Positions 52,444 to 61,990 of a DNA stretch of 64,000 nucleotides are shown piece by piece. Both the position numbers and the translations under genes were made by a program. Location of the stretch: NCBI GenBank assembly GCA_964658305.1, contig OZ210885.1:10168001-10232000 (forward strand), in the 5' to 3' direction. The notes under the pieces were generated by a model. The model was not told where the DNA came from. It worked only from the letters and a program-made list of their open reading frames with translations, and did not search any database. The DNA is from Leptogorgia sarmentosa (taxonomy: Eukaryota). Each line of letters begins with the position of its first letter. Within the stretch, counting starts at the first letter, position 1.

Positions 52444-53664
52444 TTAACGCAAAGACCATAGCCATCTCGAAATTATGTTCCTTACGTTCTCAGTAATTCT
52501 TTTGCTCTTTGTTCTCTTAGTAGCTTTCCTGATCAACTGAAGCTTTTTTACTTCAAGCTTCCACCTTGGGTTACAAGGATCATTTTTGGCTATACATATA
52601 TTGTGGAGAACAATACAAGCCATAATTATACACTTGATGTTTTTTCTCCTGCACTCTGTTTTCTTGTAGATGATCCTCCATCTACCTTTCAACATGCCGT
52701 ATGCATGTTCAGAGACAACTCTAGCAGCCCTCAACTTCTTATTAAAATGCTTCTCCTTGGAATTTTTTGTTGGAGTTGTGAATGCTTTAAGCAACCAAGG
52801 TCTGGGGGGAAAAGCTGAATCTCCAACTGTAGCAAAAGGGATTTCACCATACCCTGGTAACTTTAAAACTTGGTTAGGGAGTACTTGTCCCTGTTCAATG
52901 GAATTAAATATATCTGAAGACTGTAATATAGTGGAGTCATGCATGGACCCTGGTGCCCCAACACCAGCCCAAAGAAATCGCTTGTTAGATGCTATCAGTC
53001 CCATGTTTGTAACAGAATATCGCTTCTTGAAGCTGAAAAAGTTTTTCAAATGGCAGTTTATGAAGACGTGAAAACCATCCCAGGCTCCAACACAGGGAAA
53101 TTCCCAGTCCTCTAAAAATAGTGTGAGTTCTTCTTTCCACTCTTCCTCGCTCTTTGGTAGGACTACAAAACTGTCATACAACTTTCGCACAATTGTTTTT
53201 ATAACACTGATGAATATGGTACATGCAGTGGACGTGCCTACACCAAATAGATCCCCAACAGTTGTGTATGTGCACTCATGACTCAAGCGATAAAGAGTAA
53301 GAGCTAGCTGTAATTCAGGAGGCTTCGGCTCTTTAAAACGAGTCGTTTCTTTCCTGATGTCATCACCAATAGCATCAAGTACAAACTGAAATGTATCGCG
53401 TGTTACACGTAATCGTTTTTTAAATTGAGCGTCTGTCCAATTTTGATATCCATGCTCCCACCATGAGTGGTTCCTGTCTTCATTTGGGCCTTTCCTTTTT
53501 TTCACACATTTTGTTGCAATTATAGATGCTATTACCATCTTAACAGATTGTAAGTGATCTTCGTCACAGAGAAGGTACTTTGACCTTCTCTGTGACGTTA
53601 GGTCGCAAAGCGGACGTTTTCTTTTCAATAGCTGGCTGCACAAAAACAATCGATTGGCAGCCAT
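52444..53664 (-). CDS. PIF/Harbinger DDE transposase (HARBI1-like)
   Basis: FKKRLRVTRDTF, LALTLYRL HTH, GAWDGFH, PGSMHDS, VGDSAF, RVVSEHAYGMLKGRWR, ACIVLHNIC; intact ORF. Confidence 0.95.
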   Translation of the reverse strand: MAANRLFLCSQLLKRKRPLCDLTSQRRSKYLLCDEDHLQSVKMVIASIIATKCVKKRKGPNEDRNHSWWEHGYQNWTDAQFKKRLRVTRDTFQFVLDAIGDDIRKETTRFKEPKPPELQLALTLYRLSHECTYTTVGDLFGVGTSTACTIFISVIKTIVRKLYDSFVVLPKSEEEWKEELTLFLEDWEFPCVGAWDGFHVFINCHLKNFFSFKKRYSVTNMGLIASNKRFLWAGVGAPGSMHDSTILQSSDIFNSIEQGQVLPNQVLKLPGYGEIPFATVGDSAFPPRPWLLKAFTTPTKNSKEKHFNKKLRAARVVSEHAYGMLKGRWRIIYKKTECRRKNIKCIIMACIVLHNICIAKNDPCNPRWKLEVKKLQLIRKATKRTKSKRITENVRNIISRWLWSLR

Positions 53665-56600
53665 GTTGCTCTTACTTTGTAACAGCACCTAAATCATGGT
53701 TGTCGATTTGTCGGTCTAGAATTCATATTAGACGAACAAACTGACAGACGATTTGTTCGTCAAGACGACTTGTCCGTCTTCTAATGTGAAAAGGGCTAAT
53801 GAACATTTGGAAATAAGACAGGCTTTTTACAGTTCTGCCTTATTTTGTGCACATATTCCAACAATTTTGATTTGAGTAGTTCTTTTTGTTGTCCAGTAAC
53901 CACTCTTGACTTGGTAAAAGTGTGTTGACTACATTCTTCATCAATAGTGAGGGGAAATTTCAATGCACAATCACCAACAATTCCACTGCACTTACACCCA
54001 CTTGCACAAATATCACAACATTTGCATCCACTTTTAATTTACTCGAACTGGGAAATTGCTTCAACAGTTGTTGCCTTCGACATTTGTCTCCAGCAATGTA
54101 CTCACACATGTCAGAAGAACAGTTACTAGACAAGAATCCATTGTGGAGCAAAATACAAATGCTGTCTTTCCCGTCACGACCAGCTCTTCCACATTCCTGC
54201 ACATATGATTCAATATTTAAGGAAGGCCCAAAATCAATCACACGATAAACTCCCTTACAGTTCACCCCCATTCCAAATGCCACAGTGCATATTAGGATCC
54301 TGATATGACCATCGTGTTGTAAGATATTTTCAAGGATCAGACTCTTTGTTGAATCAGGGGTACCAGCATGGAACATTTGTACCAAATAATTACTTGGTGA
54401 TTCTATGCCATATGCATAAAAGTATCCTCCCAGTTGTAATTTGAAGACACGCCATAAGATTGCACATTGTTTTCTGGTCTGACAATATACAATAGTCCGA
54501 CAAGTTGATTCCTTCTTGTCTTTTACCTCGTTGATAATTTGACTAAAAATGACACTTAAGTCCAAGCTGTTATCAACATACTGGACGCAGTATTTGAGGT
54601 TTCCACGCTCAGGGCTCATTTCAACAACAAAGGTATCATGGCTGAGGCATAGCACATCAAAAATATGTCTTTTGGTTGTGGAGGTAGCTGTTGCTGTACA
54701 GACAACAAATGATACGCTTTCTAGTAAGGATCGCAGTTCCCCAAGGTTGCCATACCAATGTCTGAATGGTACTGATTTTGCCCCAGGTAAACCCCTATGT
54801 ATGTGAACAAACAGAGGAAAATTGAGATATTAAATTCTAATACAAATTATAAATTGTAATACAAAAACTTAAAATCTAGACACAACATAAAATAATATTT
54901 ACTGAAATTAAGTTAAACTGACCAGTGGCTGATACAATGCGCTTCATCCACAGCTACGACTACACAGTGCTCCTGGAAGGTTGGTGATTCTAACATTTTT
55001 CGCCAACGTTGATGAGACAACATGGACTCTGGCGATATATACACATGAGAATAGATCCCTTCTTCAACCTCTTCTAATACCTTCGGATCTTGATCAGCAT
55101 ACACAGCTACGGCGTTAATACCAAGAGATTGTAAATGAGCAACTTGATCAAGCATCAGTGAGGTTAACGGACAAATAATGATGCCAATGCTTGTGCCAAT
55201 GGCTTGATCAATCAATAGATCATGGAAAAGCGGTATTGCTTGGTATACAAGCGATTTCCCGTATCCCGTTCCTGCACTAAAATACACATCCTTTCCTCGA
55301 AAGAAAGCTTGTATACATTGTATTTGTTCTTTGTGAAGACTTTTCACTTGAAAAAAGTGGCAGATAACATCTGTTGCACTTTTAAAGTCTTCCCCTTCAG
55401 TGTCAATGGACGCCATTTTCTTCGCGAAAATATTATAATGCGTAATTTATGTATAAAATATGCATAATTACCAAATAACCAATGAGAGTCTTTCCCCGCT
55501 TTTAGGGGGAAATCCACGTGACCAGAACAAGCATTCGGCCGCCGATTCGCAGTCTCTACGTAAACATTTTCTTTAATTTGATCCGATAATTTGATCCCGT
55601 AGTTTCCCCTCCCCCGTTGAGACTGCGCGCAGGCTACGACCCCGCAGGTTCGATTCTCGCGTGTTGGCTTTTTGTAACTTTGTTTATTTTTTGTCATTTT
55701 GTTTGTTTTCTTTCAAGCTTTTTTCTCAACATCTTGTTGTTAGCGTTAGAATTAGTGTTTGGGCCTGGATTAGAAAAACAATATTTTGTGTTCAGAGTCA
55801 GAATTGCGCATATAATATTCTCGACGATAAAGTGTGTCAAGTGAAAAATATAGGTCAGTGCTTGGTAACCAAGCCTTAAAGTGATCCCAAAATTTCTGCG
55901 GCCAGAAGTTCGTGACCTTGAAGTGGGGGGGGGGGGAGGTGGCGGCAGGGGGCGGAGTTGTAGCCTAGTCTTTTCCGAGAGTCTACCATTTCTGGCCACA
56001 AATACAACCTGAAATCGATGTATTTGACAAATCTTCTTTAAAAAATTTTAATTTTCCAAACAAAAAGGGCACCTTTTGTGTTAATTTAGTACTTCCAGCG
56101 ACATTTTGGGCACTTTTCGTCACAAAAAAGGGCACTTTTCATTACAAAAAAGGGCACTTTTAGTCACTTGAAAAAAGTTGGGGGGGGGGGGCACGTGCCC
56201 CCTTTGCCCCCCCCTTCCTACGCCACTGAATAGGAAAAAGTTAAAAAATGATATAATTCCTTTTTCTAGGCGGTTCACGAAATGTTAAGATCTTGATATC
56301 GACAAATAATTTAGTTAGTATGAAATAAACCCAATGAATGTGTAATTTTAGTGTCTCATAGAAGAACATAATGATATGAAATGAACATTTCTCTCAACGC
56401 TACAATAGGATGCGTTTTTTCAGCAGTTGCTCGTGTTGTAAACGTATTAATATACTTGAGCTGATCATGTCATGCGACAGCAATTAAACAATCGTAAGTA
56501 CCGCGAACCTGAAAAAAATTACAAAAATAGGCTTTGAGAAAAAACCCTTTATTTATAATAACGAAAACGCACTAAGGGGTCTAAGCGGGTTCGTGTGTCC

Positions 56601-56749
56601 GTCCCATCTGGCTGTTTGGCATTATACAATTAAACTATAATTCTCGGTTGCCCTAATTCTTGAAAATTCTGGACACATGCCTGCTATTAACTGGCATAAA
56701 CAAAACATTAACACCAAAATATTTTTTTTTTAATTTCGTATCAACGCTT

Positions 56750-57072
56750 TCAGTTTCGATTTTGTTTTCTTCGCTGAATTTCAAAGCCACATTCTGGAGT
56801 TCCTTGGCTACCAAGACCTTCATTCCCAGATCTTAACGTCACCAGCGATGAATTTGGGAGTTGCGGCTCCCGTCTGAGCAATTTTTTAATCTCTTTGTTT
56901 ATGTCATTCTTCCATAAAGCATAAATGACAGGGTTCATGGCTGAATTTGCAACTAAAAGCAATCTTGAAATATTTGTAACATTCCATGACACTTCCATGA
57001 GCTCGTATTGTGTTACAATATTTCTGAAGGCTGTGAGACTCCAGCAGGCGACAAACATTGCCACAACAGTAC
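56750..57072 (-). CDS. Class A (rhodopsin-like) GPCR 3' fragment, TM6-TM7-helix 8
   Basis: FVACW (TM6) and NSAMNPVIYALW (NPxxY); no TM1-5 found nearby. Confidence 0.65.
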
Positions 57073-57249
57073 CTGACAAAAACACAACACACATTTTAAT
57101 GCACTGGCAGTTAACGTTATTCGGCAATTGTGGTTTCATATTCAGCCTAAAGAAATGAAAGTGTCTGATTACGGTTATATCACGGTTCGTTTACAGCAAC
57201 AACTAAGTCATCGGCTTCAGAATTTTTAGATCAATTTCTTATAGAAATA

Positions 57250-58014
57250 CCATAGGTAGCCCAACGCACGCATGACATAACATTCAGTAGTATAATATGA
57301 TCATATATATCATATTATTCTATAGACAAGCACTATATATGAGATATTCTGTAATCTGATTGGCTGAGCTACTCACTAGCTATTACTTCATATATAGTGA
57401 GTAGGACGAATTAATTATCTCACTCAAGTGAGCTTAAAACAAAATGGCTGAAAATGGCTGAGCGTTTCCCTCAAATGAATGATTTTAATAAATTTTATAA
57501 TGTTCGCCTTTTGTCTATATAATAAAACAATTATACCATTCGCCTCTCGTCGTATATGGCTGATAGTCAACTCGGCTGCGCCTCGTCGGCTATCAGCTCA
57601 TATACGACTCGAGCTCATGGTATAATTGCTAAATATATCATAATATATCATATTATTATATAGACAAGCACTATATATGAGATATTCTGTAATCTGATTG
57701 GCTGAGCTACTCGCTAGCTATTACTTCATATATAGTGAGTAGGACGAATTAATTATCTCACTCAAGTAAGCTTAAAACAGAATGGCTGAAAATGGCTGAG
57801 CGTTTCCCTCAAATGAATGATTTTAATAAATTTTATAATGTTCGCCTTTTGTCTATATAATAAAACAATTATACCATTCGCTCTTGTCGTATATGGCTGA
57901 TAGCCAACTCGGCTGCGCCTCGTCGGTTATCAGCTCATATACGACTCGAGCTCATGGCATAATTGTTAATTATACTACTGGATGTTACGTCATGCGTGCG
58001 TTGGGCTACTATGG
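57250..58014. mobile_element. Small palindromic MITE (CCATAG termini, AAATA TSD) split by the family E dimer
   Basis: Arms 57250-57294 and 57971-58014 are inverted copies; AAATA at 57245-57249 and 58015-58019. Confidence 0.8.
57312..57972 (-). mobile_element. Hairpin element family E, head-to-tail tandem dimer (period ~338 bp)
   Basis: Two near-identical units (TAGACAAG at 57323 and 57661), each with TGATTGG, AAAATGGC and a terminal CTCG-bulged hairpin. Confidence 0.75.
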
Positions 58015-58220
58015 AAATACTCCTCCAGCCGTATTATAACAAGATATGATCTTATATCAACGTATAACATGTGCATTTATATTTAATAAAGCACCGATCG
58101 TTCTACATGTGTTGTTAGATTATTGAAAGTTTGTGCACGATGGCGTTTCAACATGAGGCTGAATGGATAACACATTAAAAAACATACGACAGTTTCTTTC
58201 GTGTGGCGAACGACATGTAC

Positions 58221-60803
58221 TTCATCTCGTAACTCTCGAGATTCTTGAGCCAGACTTTGAAGTTGTGCTATCTATAATACAAAAAAACACGACTCAAAAA
58301 CATGTCACTGCTTTTTATCTTTTAATGTAATTGCTGCTCTTTAAATTCGATCTACTCACTCGCTCACACAAACTTAAGTGTTCTTTCTCGTATGAGTCGC
58401 ATCTAGTACAAAGTTCATCCCGATCTATAAATAATAGTGAAATTTGTAAAGAAAAAACCGACTCTTGAAAAAAGAAAGAAAACAAAATAAACAATCCAGT
58501 AGTAGGAAGAGTTTCAACACGAACATACTTGACTCAAGAGCGCAGTTCTCTTCCCTTAGTTGTTTCACCTCTTCCCTTAATTGTTCCGCATTTAGTCGAA
58601 GCCTGAAACATTCATCAGGATCTCTGCAAAAATAATTGCCTGCCAGGGACTGTAGTATCTTCATATCTCTGATTTTATGAGTAATACAAGCAAGCATTTC
58701 AAACGCTTCTTGAAAACTTTCCAGTAGTTAGTGCATACCGTAAACACATTGTTTATTGGACAACATAGAACCATAGAACTTAATTATACTATAGTCTTAA
58801 AATGTAATGCAATGTTAATGCAACAATGGGAGGCTCAGCTTGCTTTGCCCTGCATCGCACTTGTGCTTTACTGCAGTGTATAGTCCACTTTAAGAAAAAG
58901 ATTTATAAATTTTTAAAGCAGTTTACGAACCCATGTTGGTTGTTATGAGTTCTTAACCGTTTTTTAAGAACTCGCACTTTTAGTTCTTCATTTTCCGCTT
59001 CGAGAATAGAGTTGTTCTCTCTCAACAATGATAACTACATTGTAAGAATTAAAACAAATTTATATGTATACCTACAAGTCATCACTTTTCTTTATTGATT
59101 GTTGTAAACTTATGCTGACAAAAACCTGGTTTAGTCATTTACTCAGCGTTACACAATGTAATATGTGCCACTAAAAAAAATTAATGATCGACCATAACAG
59201 TACATATGCTCATACTTGACCATCTTATTCATGACATCTTTGCGAGATGTCTTCATTTTCTTGAATTGATAAATTCAATCGACTAGATCTTGAAATGCAT
59301 CATAATAAATATCAACAGGACTTGAAACATCCCCATTTTGTAACTACACCAACAAAAAAATGTTCACATTAATTTTTCTGTTCATTTTTCAATACATAAT
59401 GAGAAGACGCTGCACAATATACCTCTTGAATGGCATGCTTGATTACTTCTTGCACGTCATCTGCCAGTTTCATGATTTTTGTTATGAATTCTAATAGAAA
59501 ATATCTACCATTAATAAATTGTTTAATATCTATAGTGGCATTGCACTTGCACATGATCTACACCTTTTCCAGGTCATTTTCAGTGATTTCTAAACGAATT
59601 TCAGAAAACGCAGGTCAATTTCAGACATTTGCAAGTGAGGTTCAGTTAATACAAGTCTATTTCAGACATTGACACATTCATTTCAAAAGTGTTCAAATGA
59701 ATTTCAGGTTAAGGAAATGAAGGTGCAGAAGTGCAAGTGAATTTCAGAACTGTTCAAGTAAACTTCAGATAATGCAATACAATTTCACACAATTCATAAT
59801 GGATTTCAGACTCATTCATTTTGAATTCAAGAATATTTTAGCATTACCTTTATAAATTTTTCTTACATGATTATTACACACAAAATTTTTTTGCTACAAC
59901 CTAACAAATACCATGATATTACTTCTATCCCTGGGCGATATTCGATTATAAAGACAACGAGGCATTGTACTGTAGAGTAACTAGAGCAAACGAGGTTACA
60001 AGTAGGAGATTTACGTCCAACGTTTTATGATCGTCCGCTTGCCAACCAGAACTACAGCTCGTTTTAAACCTATCGTTGTTGCATTTGCATGTAATTTCCT
60101 ACGGTATTTTCTTGCTTATATGCACACAGGTATTAATCCCTGTAATTCTAAGGGAATAGACAGATTGAGCGTGTCTGAATTTTGTTTGGTATTCCCTGAA
60201 ATGTACTTGTTAATGTTTGAATTTCAATTGCAAATATCTGTTTTTGTTATGGAGAATCTGAATATCTTTTGGACTAATCTGAAATTTACCTGACATATTT
60301 GCAAACATTTGGAAATATATGAATTTCATTTGGAAAATTTGAATATCAGTTATAAAGTTCTGAAATTTATTTGTCTAAACTGAATATTATCTCTAAATAT
60401 TTGAATTTCATCTTGAATTGTCTGAAAATGACCTGGAAAAGGTGTAGTCTCTACATGCAGCTAAGCTAAAATTAGCCTGTAGGTGGTACACTTCAGGAAC
60501 CAAAGCAGCAGGGTAAGGTACAAGGTTAAAATGCACTGTTTTGTACAAAGATTACCTTCATTGTTTCCCATCACAAGTGACGGCACATCCGACTCCGAGA
60601 ATTAATTGGAGCAACCGCCCCAACTCCTTCTTGTCATGTTTTTCAGCTGTAATTTGGAAATATTGTGAACTCAAATACTGCAGCAATATCAAAGTGTTAA
60701 AATTCATAAAATCTGTGTACTGGTATAGATCTGTTAATTGGTAGGACTTACCAATACAAGCAACATCAGGCAGTGTAAATTGGTCCATTTCAATATTGGG
60801 AAC
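58221..60803 (-). pseudogene. HOOK: Hook-family microtubule/dynein adaptor, N-terminal portion, degenerate; exon remnants include 60803-60752, 60646-~60556, 59490-59423, 59343-59216, 59034-58978, 58271-58221
   Basis: DQFTLPDV...ELGRLLQLILG(VG)CAVTC, EFITKIM...VQEVIKHAIQE, QRCHE*DGQ and LAQESRELRDE match the Hook N-terminal domain and coiled coil. In-frame TGA at 60558-60560, a 128-nt frameshifted exon, and TAA at 59225-59227. Confidence 0.75.
59561..60444. mobile_element. TIR MITE (CAC...GTG termini, TA flanks) in a Hook intron
   Basis: CACCTTTTCCAGGTCATTTTCAG / CTGAAAATGACCTGGAAAAGGTG; degenerate internal TTCAGA repeats. Confidence 0.75.
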
Positions 60804-60850
60804 CTGTAGTTGAAATAAAGCTTTTTTTTACATGAAAAAGTAATATAAGG

Positions 60851-61543
60851 TATTATTATATACACAAGCGCTGGATATGAGCTATTCTGCAATCTGATTG
60901 GTTCTCTACTAGCAGGATATTAGCTCATATCCTGCTAGTACAGAAATGTAAACAAAATGGCTGAAAGAGCGAAGCCGGAATTGAAGTTTTCAACAGTTAA
61001 AAACGTCTTTGCGACCGATTAAAAGAATAAAACTCAAGAAGTTTAGTTGTAAATGTTTATTGTGCAGTTTTGAATCTGGAAAACCGGACTCGACGCTGTA
61101 AAATTCATCGCTTGACTGAGTTGGATCGCTTGTTGTTGTTTGTTGACATTTTACAACGGTAAAATTTGTGTTGCACTTTCAAATGCAGAAAAATACAGAT
61201 GAAAACTGCTGAAATTTAAAACTAGCTATAGTTTAAACGAAACGTCGACTATTTTAATTCCGTAACTGTTGTTTTTTCCGTGCTTTTTGGCGTGTATTTA
61301 TCAAGTAAAACTGTTTTTGTAAATATGTCGATTTCAAAGCGATAGAACACTTTGAAATTATATTCAGTTATTAACTAAAATACAAATTAATTTGGAAGTT
61401 GTTTTTGTCCAGTGCTTGTGTACATAATAAAACAGTTATTCTGCTCACTCTCGTCGTATATGACTGATAGTCGACTCGGCGCTACGCGCCTCGTCGACTA
61501 TCAGCGCATATACGACTCGAGTTCGCAGAATAACTGTTAAATA
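60851..61543 (-). mobile_element. Hairpin element family D, full copy
   Basis: TGATTGG ~60895, AAAATGGC ~60953, hairpin 61431-61538 with CTCG bulges and TAC loop. Confidence 0.7.
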
Positions 61544-61612
61544 TAGAGACGTAAATAAGTGGCTAATCCCCGAGCCACGGCGCGAAGCGCCGTCCGGGCG
61601 GTCATACTAAAT

Positions 61613-61720
61613 ACCGTCAACAACCGTCAACTACCGTCAACCACCGTCAACAGGTCGATAAATACCGTCAACAAGCGACAACAAGCAGCAAATACCGTCA
61701 ACAAGCAGAAAATTCCGTAA
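61613..61720. repeat. Degenerate tandem repeat of ACCGTCAAC-type units
   Basis: About 6-8 imperfect copies. Confidence 0.7.
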
Positions 61721-61777
61721 AATTTATATATCTAAACATGTTTAAATCTTAATTAACTAAATTCGATAAATTGGGTG

Positions 61778-61990
61778 CACTGTTATTTTCAGGGTGTTAT
61801 TTTAACACCAAAAAGAGGGGTTACGGCATTTAGTCTAAAATAATCCTTTTTTAGGGGTTACAAATAACTCCAATTAGGGTGTTAAAATTTAACCCCAGTT
61901 TTGGAGTTAAAATAACACCAGTTTAGGTGTTAAAATATAACACCTTTTGAGGAGTTAAATAAATCTAACTCTGTTTCAGGGGGTTAAAAA
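61778..61990. mobile_element. Probable CACTA/CMC-like element end with subterminal (T)AACACC/AACCCC repeats
   Basis: CACTG start followed by many direct and inverted AAATAACACC-like motifs; partner end not confirmed. Confidence 0.4.

Larger units (their letters stand above)
50478..53797. mobile_element. Full-length autonomous PIF/Harbinger transposon
   Basis: ~52-bp TIRs (AGCCGTTTTCATATTAGAAGACAGACAAGTCGTC... / ...GACGACTTGTCCGTCTTCTAATGTGAAAAGGGCT, 4 mismatches); AAT TSD at 50475-50477 and 53798-53800; subterminal GACGAACAA repeats; two intact convergent ORFs. Confidence 0.95.
50062..55416 (-). pseudogene. RecQ-like SF2 helicase of the AcademH element; exon 1 55416-54923, exon 2 54794-53798 continuing at 50474-50062; interrupted by Harbinger and by a 1-nt frameshift near 54035
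   Basis: Motifs GTGYGKS, ICPLTSLMLDQ, YISPE, VDEAHCISHW|G, TATA, TIVYC, CTVAFGMGVN, YVQECGRAGRDG, CRR...CCDIC zinc motif; GT-AG intron 54795-54922. Confidence 0.88.
46609..55636. mobile_element. AcademH DNA transposon (transposase + helicase); left end lost; putative right terminus ...GAGACTGCGCGCAGGCTA at 55636
   Basis: The gene pair is diagnostic of the helicase-encoding Academ lineage. The right end reads 5'-TAGCCTGCGCGCAGTCTC on the minus strand (Academ-like TAG terminus). I found no matching left TIR in the window. Confidence 0.75.

Noticed and set aside
52444..53688. Domesticated HARBI1 gene
   Set aside because: Flanked by TIRs and a TSD and inserted into another TE, so a bona fide transposon.
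53960..55416. Host RecQ/WRN/BLM gene
   Set aside because: Minimal helicase lacking recognisable host accessory domains, paired with an Academ-type transposase and close to a TE-like terminus.
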